Shown piece after piece: positions 39,006 to 48,607 of a stretch of 64,000 nt of DNA. Within the stretch, counting starts at the first letter, position 1; each line of letters starts with the position of its first letter. This DNA is from Tubiluchus corallicola (Eukaryota; Animalia; Priapulida), in assembly GCA_030141605.1 (NCBI GenBank), contig JAQGDQ010000261.1:253411-317410 (forward strand), written 5' to 3'. The notes beneath the pieces are model-generated. The model searched no databases. It saw only the letters and a list, made by a program, of their open reading frames with translations, and was not told where the DNA came from. The position numbers and the translations under genes are program-made.

Positions 39006-40369
39006 CCTGACACTGGATCTGAAGAGAAAGAATGTTTTTGCTTCTTTTTCCTGGAACGCCAGTTCTGATCGGACCTCTTCTCTGCGTAAGGCACTAAGAA
39101 CTGATATCTCCTCCCGGGTAAATGCCGGCTTCTTCACCACAGTGAGGTTATGAGCATCTGGAAGACTTTTTCTACGACCGCTCTTGTATTCGCTGACGGG
39201 CTCCAAGACAATGTGTGATGGCAGTTGGTCTGCTTCTGGAGACTTTTGTGTTTCTGCTTTGATTCGTTTTCTTATTGTACCATCTATGACATACGGTTGC
39301 TTACGTGCCAACACCGTGTCATCAGCAGATGTTCGCAAGTTCCTGTGTGCTTCCATTTCGTGACTTGTATTGGTTTCCACCATGTCTAAATTCATGATAG
39401 CTGGAAGTGTTTTTCTTCGATCTTCAACGTCATCCCTCATATGTCTTCCAAATTCGTCCGACGCTTCCGATACTCCAGAAACTCCAGAATCCGGTGTCCA
39501 ATCTGAGCTGTTTGGATGCGCAAATCTGCTTGCTTCATGACCTAGTGCACGAATGTGAGTGGGCCTTGCCCGGGGTTCATTAGGATGGCCCATCTGTCTT
39601 CTAATATCTCCATCATCAAACCTGTCATAAGGATACTGTTCTGTGCTGTAGGCCTTCTGGCTCAAGTACGGTCTTGAGTGATAGTCGTGGTCTGATGTGG
39701 CAGAACGATGCTTCAAGTAAGGCCTATCACCTCGCATACCGTAATGCTCGTCATCGTAACCATCATACCTTCTGTCATGTCGATCAAATGATCTATCATA
39801 ATCATAATCATTATACCTATAAGATCCGGGATCCTTATCATGAGACTCTCTATTGTAATAAGGTTCATGTTTGTTTCTATCCATCATTGGTGGCCTCTGA
39901 TCATATCTTGCGCCACTACTATACATGTCTTTGTTACCATGCGCTCTGCTGTCCATCCGTCTATTGTCTAACCTTCTATCGTCGAGTCGGCCTTTATATG
40001 AGTCATGTAGTTCTTCTGGTTTAGGATATCGCTGATTTGGATGATGCATCTGTGGCATATTCTGAGCAGGCGCTACATGTAAACTTCCGACTTTCTCATC
40101 TGGAAAGCCTAGACGCTGTGAACTTTTTTCCTGGTTAACATTAATCGTAGGTACGAGTAGGGATAGTTCCTCACTTTCTGGACTGCTGACATTTGTTACT
40201 GGGTAGTGATTTGGCACAGGTAAAGATTGGTCGCTAAGCTGTGATGGCCCATGGTGCTGAGGCTGAAAATTATGTGCGGCACCCATAGAAGGGAGGTCAG
40301 GATGCAGACTAGACATTTTTTGTCGGTCATCGGCAACTGCTGGACGTGTTGTCCGTGTTACATCTGGAC
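39006..40369 (-). CDS. jph: Junctophilin large coding exon (divergent region)
   Basis: Acceptor ctctttcacag|GT CCA GAT continues FYQP-G-PD and runs in frame into ORF 38964..40316. Donor GTC AGG|gtaagc at 39005 (phase 0). 1364 bp with no stops. Confidence 0.88.
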
Positions 40370-40849
40370 CTGTGAAAGAGTCAGAACTAATTTACATACG
40401 TGTGACAACTTGACAACAGGTGCAAAACTAAGCAAGAAAACACAGTTTACATTACTTTGTTAATTTCATCGATTCTTGCATTATTCGTTTAAGCGTTGAA
40501 TGTTACGCTATGTTAAAAAGCTTGTTGTCAGTCTTGCAAATATTGTGCTTATCTTGGAACAGCAACAGCAGTAGGTAAGGTAAGGTAATGGTAGAGGTAA
40601 GAGGTACAGAGAAAGACCGAAAAGGCATGGTCAAGTTGCCCGTTTAAGAAGGTGAGTAGTCTGATGGATCAAAAACCATTTTTGCGTCAACTTAGTAGGG
40701 TAGGTCAAAGCGTGACATGCCATTGTTATATTCAACAATGATTTCTCAAAAGGCTACAAAGAGGTTGTGGATTAGAGGAAAGCTGGGGAAGGTAAAGTAC
40801 AGTATGGCATAACAGGCTAAGGGAGAACGTAATAGAGCAAATGGAGCAG

Positions 40850-41760
40850 AGCAAGGAAGAGCAAGCACGCCAAAAAAGGGAGACCAGAGCAGAGAAGAGT
40901 AGGCACACCAGAAAGACAGAACAGAGAAGAGCAGGTAGACAAGAAAATTGAGAACAGAGTAGAGCAGAAGAGGCATGCCAGAAAAAGGAGAGCAAAGCAG
41001 AGAAGAGTAGGCACACTAGAACGACAGAGCAGAGGAAGGAAGGGCAGGTACACCAGAAAAGTGAGAGTAGAGCAGAGAAGACGAGGAACACCAGAAAAGA
41101 GAGAGCAGAACAGAGAAGAGCAGACCCCCTAGAAAGGGGAGAGCAGAGCAGAGAAGAGCAGGTACACCAGAAAAGGGAGAGCAGAGCAGAGAAGAGAAGG
41201 TGCGCTAGAAAGGGAGAGCAGAGCAGAGTAGAGAAGAGCAGGCACACCAGAAAGAGATAGCAGAGCAGAGAAGAGAAGGTATATCAGAAAGAGAGAACAA
41301 AGCAGGGAAGAGCAGGCACACCAGAAATAGAGAGCAAAGCAGAGAAGAGAAAGTGCATCAGAAAGGGAGAGCAAAGCAGAGAAGAGAAGGTATATCAGAA
41401 AGAGAGAACAAAGCAGGGAAGAGCAGGCACACCAGAAATAGAGAGCAAAGCAGAGAAGAGAAAGTGCATCAGAAAGGGAGAGCAAAGCAGAGAAGAGAAA
41501 GTGCATCAGAAAGGGAGAGTAGAGCAAAGAAGAGTAGGTACACCAGAAAAGTGAGAGTAGAACAGAGAAGACGAGGAACACCAGAAAAGAGAGAGCAGAG
41601 CAGAGAAGAGCAGACCCCCTAGAAAGGGGAGAGCAGAACAGAGAAGAGAAGGGTAAAGCAGAACAACAATGAGTAGGGAGGCATAGGGGCTGTAAGAACA
41701 AAGCAGAGCAGGGCACAGCAGAAAGAAGTAGAATAAGGAAGTTAAGAGCAGAGCGAAACA
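40850..41760. repeat. Purine-rich degenerate repeat (GAGCAGAGCAGAGAAGAG-based)
   Basis: AG-rich low-complexity sequence with recurring CACCAGAAA modules; explains the Leu/Ser/Phe-rich ORFs. Confidence 0.88.
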
Positions 41761-41854
41761 GAATAGAGTATATCATAGTAGACATCAATTAGGTAAGGCA
41801 AGGGAGAATAAGATTTAAGCTCACCGTATTTCATTAGTAATAAACTTTTATTTA

Positions 41855-42575
41855 CTTCACTAATGCAGTAAAGTTGACCTGTCAATAATTATCTCACCTT
41901 TCACTAATGCAGTAAAGCTGACCTGTCAATAATTATCTCACCTTTCAATAAGGCAGTAAAGCAGACCTGTCAATAATTATCTCACCTTTCACTAATGCAG
42001 TAAAGCTGACTTGTCAATAATTATCTCACCTTTCACTAATGCAGTAAAGCTGACCTGTCAATAATTATCTCACCTTTCACTAATGCAGTAAAGCTGACCT
42101 GTCAATAATTATCTCACCTTTCACTAATGCACTAAAGCTGACCTGTCAATAATTGTCTCACCTTTCACTAATGCACTAAAGCTAACCTGTCAATAATTAA
42201 TTCACCTTTCAATAAGGCAGTAAAGCTGACCTGTCAATAATTATCTCACCTTTCACTAATGTAAAAAAAGCTGACCCGTCAGTAATTATCTCACCGTTCA
42301 CTAATGCAGTAAAGCTGACCTGTCAATAATTATCTCACCTTTCACTAATGCAGTAAAGCTGACCTGTCAATAATTATCTCACCTTTCACTAATGCAGTAA
42401 AGCTGACCTGTCAATAATTATCTCACCTTTCAATAATGCAGTAAAGCTGACCTGTCAATAATTATCTCACCTTTCACTAATGCAAAAAAACCTGACCGGT
42501 CAATAATTATCTCACATTTCACTAATGAATTAAAGCTGACCTGTCAATAATTATCTCACCTTTCACTAAGGCAGT
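41855..42575. repeat. 44-bp satellite, left block (about 16 units)
   Basis: Unit CACTAATGCAGTAAAGCTGACCTGTCAATAATTATCTCACCTTT; same family as 48608-51615. Confidence 0.95.
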
Positions 42576-42822
42576 TGTTATGACCCGCCTGCCGATTTTA
42601 GTTTAAACGCCAGGTTGGCTTCTCACCTGTGTTCTGTACCTGCTTTTGACCTAGTTAGTTAGTTGTTATTGAGGGGGGAAGTAATGGCGGCTGCTCAGGA
42701 CGACAGCCCTGATGTTTTGTTTTTGTTTTTCTTGTGTTTACTGGCAATAAAAATGAAGTAATGTTTAAAATGCATCTCCGTGTATTCACCATGTTTTGTG
42801 TAACCAATTCCAACTCATAACA
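42576..42822 (+). repeat. 5' LTR (247 bp)
   Basis: Begins TGTTATGA and ends TCATAACA (perfect 8-bp inverted termini, TG...CA). Contains AATAAA. First 48 bp are repeated at 48560. Confidence 0.93.
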
Positions 42823-42825
42823 AAG

Positions 42826-42845
42826 TGGGGGCTCGAAGCCGGAAT
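42826..42845 (+). promoter_or_regulatory. Primer binding site, tRNA-Pro-like
   Basis: TGGGGGCTCGAAGCCGGAAT starts 3 nt after the LTR. The first 10 nt match the complement of the tRNA-Pro 3' end (TGGGGGCTCGTCCGGGAT). Confidence 0.75.
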
Positions 42846-43865
42846 GAATCAACCGACGAGTTGCAATGAATTTCGTCTGGACGCTTGTCGTTTTAATTAC
42901 TGTGCAACGTCACGATGAATTTTTTTGTGTTGATGCTAAATCTTTAATTCCACGGTTAATAAAGCTGACAATGGACAAACTGTAAGTTACGGCTCATTTT
43001 TCTACACAGTAACTGTTTGATGTCGTCTGATTTATCATCATATCAAGTATGAACTGTCTCTGTCTGTTCGTCTGTCAGTGTCTGGAAATATTCGCATATT
43101 CGCTCATTGGAAAATTCCGAATTACTGAGAAACGTTGCTAACATGATGAAGTATACAAACTTCATACTAATATAAAGCATCTCTAAAGTACATGAGAAAT
43201 GTGTAGAGGTCACGAAGTTCTGTTGCTACAAGTGAACTATGAATAATGTTTCGACAAACGTTATACTCGAATTCAGGATTATGCTTTTGTGAATTTCTGG
43301 GTAAAAACGAGACAAATTTCATTCTGCGTTGCGGGAATTCTGCATAAAATACTGTGGGTAACAATCGTCTGTGTTTCCTGGAACTGAGCCAAGTAGCTGC
43401 GTTAGACTAGGGATAACGACCTTGAGGCTACAAGCGTGTACGTATAGGTCGGGGGCTACTGTCAAATCGTCGCAGGTATATCTACAGATTAGTACAAGCT
43501 ATACCGAAACTCGTATCACGTGAGGAAGCCAGCTAGACAAGCAGTGCATTGATCAGAGATATTTCCACACAAGTACTGCAGTAGTAAAGGAAAAAAACGA
43601 ATGATATTTATTGGACTCATTGATTTTGTTTTAAAGCAGTTTGGTGAACAATTTGCAATCTTGTTAATTATCACCTAACGCTTTCTTTTACTAGGCTAAT
43701 TGCACTACTATTGTTACGCTTACGTGTGCTCCCCCACGGATAACTTGCCCAAGGGGTGCCTAATCGGTATTGTTGAAAGTTAAGTATTGTACAGTACGTT
43801 GTGTAGCTAGTTGGTAGGCTTGTGTCATAAAGTTATATTGTAGTAATTGTACTAATTACTGAACT

Positions 43866-45452
43866 ATGGCGACATTTGAGCCAGAAATGTTTTGGAAAGG
43901 GGGCTTAGTAACTTTGCCCAGATTAGATAAACTCACAAAAGACAATTTACTTGCCCTGGCCGATTACCTGAATATTGAGTTGCCCACTAGTGCTGGAAAA
44001 GCAAAAATTATTGAAATTCTCGGGAACCCAGAAATTTTGAAAACAGCTAGACCACGTGAAGGGGAGAAATCTGTAATTAGTAAATCTCCTCATATTCCTG
44101 TGCATACTCCCACGAGAACAGATAGGAATGAACTTGAGTTAGCAAAAATTGCACTCGAACGTGAAAGGATGGAACTTGAAAAATTAAGGTTGGAATATCA
44201 GGACAAAGAAAGGCAAAGGGATAGGGAGTACAACGTTAAGATGAAAGAGCTGGAATTATTAACAGCATCCACTAATTTGGGGGCTCAGCAAGCCAATAAC
44301 CAAACTTTTGATGTTATAAAAAACATTCGCCTTGTACCTAAATTTAGTGAAACAGATGTTGAAATATTTTTTCTAACCTTTGAGAAAATTGCCAACAATC
44401 TCAAATGGCCAAAAGCTCATTGGCCTGTATTGTTACAAAGCAGTTTTACAGGTAAAGCACAGGAGATTTACTCTTCTCTACCCTCCACTCAGAGTTCAAA
44501 TTATGAACAATTGAAATCCGCTGTGCTAAAGGCATATGAATTAGTACCAGAAGCCTATCGCCAACGATTTAGGAACAGTCGGAAAGCGTCAAATCAAACT
44601 TACGTCGAGTTTGCAAGAGATAAAGAAGTTATGTTAGACAGATGGTGTCGTTCATTAAACGTTGGGGAATCTTATGAAAAACTAAGACAAATGGTTTTAC
44701 TGGAAGATTTTAAAAGCAGTATCCCTATGCAAATCAAAACGCATTTGGAGAATCAAAAGGTAGACTCTTTGCAAAAAGCGTCTGTTATGGCAGATGATTA
44801 TGAATTAGCAAATAAAACTAATTTTAAATCTGTACAGTGCACCTATTGTAACAAAAAAGGTCATGTTAAAACAGACTGCTTCAAATTTCTAGAAAAAGAA
44901 AAAACTGCTCATTCAGAAACTGTAAGCTCTAAAGGAGGCCGCCACCAAGATAATAAAGATGCATCGGGAGGAGGCTATGCACGTGATGGGCCTACATGTG
45001 CATATTGCCGCAAGAAAGGGCATCTCAGATCAGAGTGTCGGATTCTCTTACGACAAAAGCAGCGAGCCGGCTCTCCAGTTGCTTTTGCCCACAACTCTTC
45101 AAAAGAAGGTACCTATAGCAGTTTCCTATCGTCAGGTAAAGTGTCGCCAGTGTCGTCTGTGGACACAATTAAACCTGTTACAATTTTACGAGACACAGGA
45201 GCTGCTCAGTCACTATTATTACAGGGTGTAATCCCTCTTGATGAAACTTCTTATACAAATGCTAGCGCTTTAATTCAAGGTATTGAAGGAGGATACATAG
45301 ATGTACCACTTCACAGAATCAACTTGAATTCGGACTATGTTAAAGGTCCCGTGACAGTAGGAATTGTTTCTCACATTCCAGTAGATGGAGTGTCCCTATT
45401 ACTTGGCAATGATGTTGCTGGGGATGAGGTTGTCACCTATTGTCACTCCTGA
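43866..45452 (+). CDS. gag: Retrotransposon Gag and aspartic protease
   Basis: Coiled-coil N-terminal region, capsid/SCAN-like region (AYELVPEAYRQRFR), two CCHC knuckles (CTYCNKKGHVKTDC, CAYCRKKGHLRSEC), protease motifs LRDTGA and LLLGND. Confidence 0.92.
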   Translation: MATFEPEMFWKGGLVTLPRLDKLTKDNLLALADYLNIELPTSAGKAKIIEILGNPEILKTARPREGEKSVISKSPHIPVHTPTRTDRNELELAKIALERERMELEKLRLEYQDKERQRDREYNVKMKELELLTASTNLGAQQANNQTFDVIKNIRLVPKFSETDVEIFFLTFEKIANNLKWPKAHWPVLLQSSFTGKAQEIYSSLPSTQSSNYEQLKSAVLKAYELVPEAYRQRFRNSRKASNQTYVEFARDKEVMLDRWCRSLNVGESYEKLRQMVLLEDFKSSIPMQIKTHLENQKVDSLQKASVMADDYELANKTNFKSVQCTYCNKKGHVKTDCFKFLEKEKTAHSETVSSKGGRHQDNKDASGGGYARDGPTCAYCRKKGHLRSECRILLRQKQRAGSPVAFAHNSSKEGTYSSFLSSGKVSPVSSVDTIKPVTILRDTGAAQSLLLQGVIPLDETSYTNASALIQGIEGGYIDVPLHRINLNSDYVKGPVTVGIVSHIPVDGVSLLLGNDVAGDEVVTYCHS

Positions 45453-48400
45453 GCCAAAAATGGATGCGGAAACTGAAATTCTTGAAGAAATGCATCCTGG
45501 AATTTTTCCTGCTTGTGTTGTAACAAGATCACAGGCTCAGACTAACAAAGATAGCAGCTCAGAACAAGTGGATGACAAAGATAGTTCACCACTGTCTACC
45601 TTCCCAAGAGAGAACCAAAGTGGTTCGACGGCTTTAAGCCACACGTTTGCCGAACAGATGGATAAAAATTCACCAATATTATCTCTGAAACAAGAGGAAC
45701 TTATTAAGGCACAGACAAATGATCCCTCTCTTAACAAGCTCTTTTCTCTAGTCATGTCACAAGAGGAAATTGACAATGTTTCAGAAGGCAACTACATGCA
45801 GTCTAAAGTACTCATGAGAACGTGGAGACCACTAAATGCTCCTGCAGATGAAGATTGGCGTGTACACCACCAAATTGTAGTACCACAACGTTACCGTAAA
45901 GAACTAATGAAGATAGCCCATGAATTGCCATTAGCCGGACACGCTGGTGTTAAGAAGACGCAAGATAAAATTTTACAACACTTCTTTTGGCCTAAGTTGA
46001 GAAAAGATGTTTCTCAATTTTGTAAAACTTGTCATGTGTGCCAAATGGTGGGCAAACCAAACCAGAAAATTCCTATAGCTCCACTTAATCCACTTCCAGT
46101 ATTTGAGGAACCATTCAGCAGAATCCTAATTGACTGTGTAGGGCCGCTGCCGAAAACCAAGTCAGGATATCAGTATCTTCTTACTATTATGGATTTGACG
46201 ACGAGGTTTCCCGAAGCTATGCCTTTAAAGAAGATAACAGCTGCAGCAGTAGTTGATGCCTTACTGAAGTTCTTTACACAGTTTGGCCTGCCGAAGGAAA
46301 TACAATCAGACCAAGGTTCTAACTTTATGGCAAATATTTTCCAACAAGTAATGTATGAGCTTGGTATAAAGCAATTAAAGTCTTCGGCATATCACCCACA
46401 AAGTCAAGGAGCTTTAGAGCGCTACCACCAAACTCTGAAAACAATGATGAAAATTTACTGCATTGAATATGCAAAGGATTGGGATAAAGGCATCAATTTC
46501 CTTTTGTTTGCTACGCGTGATACTCCGTCGGAGTCATTGGGTTTTACCCCCTTTGAACTGGTGTTTGGCCACCAAGTTAGGGGACCTCTTAAACTCGTTA
46601 AAGAACAATGGCTTCAGGAACAGCAGCCAGAAAGCAATCTGCTAGATTATGTGTGCAACTTTAAAGAGAGACTTTACAGGGCATGTGAAATAGCTAAGGA
46701 GAACTTGAAAATTGCCCAAGGAAAAATGAAGAAAACGTACGACAAGCATGCTCAATGTAGGTCGTTCATAGTAGGTGACAAAGTACTCATTTTGCTACCA
46801 ATACCAGGAGATCCATTAAAAGCAAAGTTCTCTGGTCCTTACGTAATCGAGAAAAAACTCAACAATGTCAACTACATTATCAGCACTCCTGACAGACGCA
46901 AAACGCATAGACTTTGTCACATCAACATGATGAAGCCCTACTATGAAAGAACAGAGGATACAAAAGGAAAGATCACAACTGCAACTAATCTTGCATTGAG
47001 CATAGTCAGTTCTGACAAGGATGTTGCAGGACAAGAGTCTGGAGAGTCACATGCTTTTGTTTCAGAAGCAACAGGCTACAGCAGCTTGCAAAATTCAGAG
47101 ATATTGAAAAATCCATGCACTTTATTCACACATTTAAGCAAGCAACAACAAGATCAAATGGTTAATTTGTTCAGTCAGTGCAAGCAGCTATTTGCAGATG
47201 TACCTGGTAAAACCAATGTATTGCAACATGACATTGATATAGGAGATGCTCAACCAATCAAGCAACACCCGTACAGAATGAATCCAGAAAAAACAGCACT
47301 AGTAAAAGCAGAAATACAGTACATGCTTGACAATGGCATAATCGAACACAGTCAAAGCAATTTCAGCTCACCAATAGTACCACTTTATAAACAAGATGGT
47401 TCGATCCGAATTTGTATAGATTACAGAAAAGTAAATCAAATCACAAAAAGTGACAATTTCCCCATCCCAAGGGTTGATGATTGTATAGATCAGCTTGGGC
47501 AAGCAGTTTATGTTAGTAAATATGATTTGCTTAAGGGGTACTGGCAAATACCTTTAACCGACAGAGCTAAAGAAATATCAGCATTTGTAGTTGGTGATGG
47601 TTTATACCAATTTTCTGTTATACCTTTCGGGTTAAAAAATGCCCCGGCAACCTTTGTTCGTTTGATGACTAATGTAACAGCTGGTTTAACAAATTGTGTA
47701 ACATATATAGATGATGTAGTGATCTATAGTGAAAATTGGCATAATCACTTAGTATACACCAAGTCCTTTTTTGATAAACTGATTGCTGCAAATTTAGTGA
47801 TTAACTTAAGTAAAAGTGAAATCGGTAAAGCTCAAGTAACTTACTTAGGTTACACTGTTGGACAGGGAAAGGTTTTGCCACGCGAAGCCAAAATCAAAGC
47901 TATACTAGATCTTCCACCACCCACTACTAAACGAGAACTCATGCGATTTTTGGGAATGGTGGGTTACTACCGAAAATTTGTATCAAATTTTGCTACTTTA
48001 GCTACACCCCTTACCAAACTGCTCACGAAGAATACAGAGTTTTGTTGGTCATCAGCCTGTCAAGAAGCTTTTGACAAGCTTAGATCTGTACTTAGTACCA
48101 AACCTGTGCTGAAAGCACCAGATTTTCAGCATCCTTTCAAGTTAGCAGTCGATGCTAGCGATGTAGCAGTAGGCGCTGCTTTGCTACAAGATGAGGATGG
48201 TGTAGAACATCCGGTCGCCTATTTTTCTAAGAAACTGCTAAAACATCAGATCCCTTATTCCACTATTGAGAAGGAAACATTAGCATTGATTTTGGCTATG
48301 CAACATTTCGAGATTTATGTTACTTGTAATCACTCACCCACTGTTGTATTTACGGACCATAATCCATTGACATTTTTACACAGATTCAGAAATAAGAATC

Positions 48401-48513
48401 AACGTTTATTGCGATGGAGTCTGTTCCTCCAACAGTATGATTTAGTTATTGTACATGTCAAGGGTAAAGACAATGTGTTAGCGGACACCTTATCAAGATA
48501 CTGTTTAAAGTGA
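45385..48513 (+). CDS. pol: Retrotransposon Pol: integrase, reverse transcriptase, RNase H (in that order)
   Basis: Integrase HHCC (AHELPLAGH...CKTCHVC), DDE (LIDCVGP, SDQGSNF, GALERYH) and GPY. Then RT (DLLKGYWQ, PFGLKNAPATF, YIDD) and RNase H (VDASD, EKE, TDHNPL, NVLADTLSR). The true start is probably the frame junction near 45430, not the ATG at 45385. Confidence 0.95.
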   Translation: MECPYYLAMMLLGMRLSPIVTPEPKMDAETEILEEMHPGIFPACVVTRSQAQTNKDSSSEQVDDKDSSPLSTFPRENQSGSTALSHTFAEQMDKNSPILSLKQEELIKAQTNDPSLNKLFSLVMSQEEIDNVSEGNYMQSKVLMRTWRPLNAPADEDWRVHHQIVVPQRYRKELMKIAHELPLAGHAGVKKTQDKILQHFFWPKLRKDVSQFCKTCHVCQMVGKPNQKIPIAPLNPLPVFEEPFSRILIDCVGPLPKTKSGYQYLLTIMDLTTRFPEAMPLKKITAAAVVDALLKFFTQFGLPKEIQSDQGSNFMANIFQQVMYELGIKQLKSSAYHPQSQGALERYHQTLKTMMKIYCIEYAKDWDKGINFLLFATRDTPSESLGFTPFELVFGHQVRGPLKLVKEQWLQEQQPESNLLDYVCNFKERLYRACEIAKENLKIAQGKMKKTYDKHAQCRSFIVGDKVLILLPIPGDPLKAKFSGPYVIEKKLNNVNYIISTPDRRKTHRLCHINMMKPYYERTEDTKGKITTATNLALSIVSSDKDVAGQESGESHAFVSEATGYSSLQNSEILKNPCTLFTHLSKQQQDQMVNLFSQCKQLFADVPGKTNVLQHDIDIGDAQPIKQHPYRMNPEKTALVKAEIQYMLDNGIIEHSQSNFSSPIVPLYKQDGSIRICIDYRKVNQITKSDNFPIPRVDDCIDQLGQAVYVSKYDLLKGYWQIPLTDRAKEISAFVVGDGLYQFSVIPFGLKNAPATFVRLMTNVTAGLTNCVTYIDDVVIYSENWHNHLVYTKSFFDKLIAANLVINLSKSEIGKAQVTYLGYTVGQGKVLPREAKIKAILDLPPPTTKRELMRFLGMVGYYRKFVSNFATLATPLTKLLTKNTEFCWSSACQEAFDKLRSVLSTKPVLKAPDFQHPFKLAVDASDVAVGAALLQDEDGVEHPVAYFSKKLLKHQIPYSTIEKETLALILAMQHFEIYVTCNHSPTVVFTDHNPLTFLHRFRNKNQRLLRWSLFLQQYDLVIVHVKGKDNVLADTLSRYCLK

Positions 48514-48546
48514 ACCTAAACAAAAAAAACACAGTTTTTTTTTCTT

Positions 48547-48607
48547 ATGGGGGGTGAGATGTTATGACCCGCCTGCCGATTTTAGTTTAAACGCCAGGTT
48601 GGCTTCT
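48547..48607 (+). repeat. Polypurine tract plus truncated 3' LTR (48560-48607)
   Basis: ATGGGGGGTGAGA followed by TGTTATGACCCGCC...GGCTTCT, identical to 42576-42623, then an abrupt switch to satellite. Confidence 0.92.

Larger units (their letters stand above)
42576..48607 (+). mobile_element. Gmr1-like Ty3/Gypsy LTR retrotransposon with truncated 3' LTR
   Basis: 5' LTR, PBS, gag-PR ORF, IN-RT-RH ORF, polypurine tract and the first 48 bp of an identical 3' LTR. Antisense to junctophilin, inside its intron. Confidence 0.95.

Noticed and set aside
40732-41788. Hydrophobic Leu/Ser/Phe/Cys ORFs that look like membrane proteins
   Set aside because: Translation of an AG-rich low-complexity repeat inside a junctophilin intron. 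The flanking exons splice in phase without it.
44959-47034. Small alternative-frame and antisense ORFs within the retrotransposon
   Set aside because: Shadow ORFs of gag and pol with no recognisable motifs.
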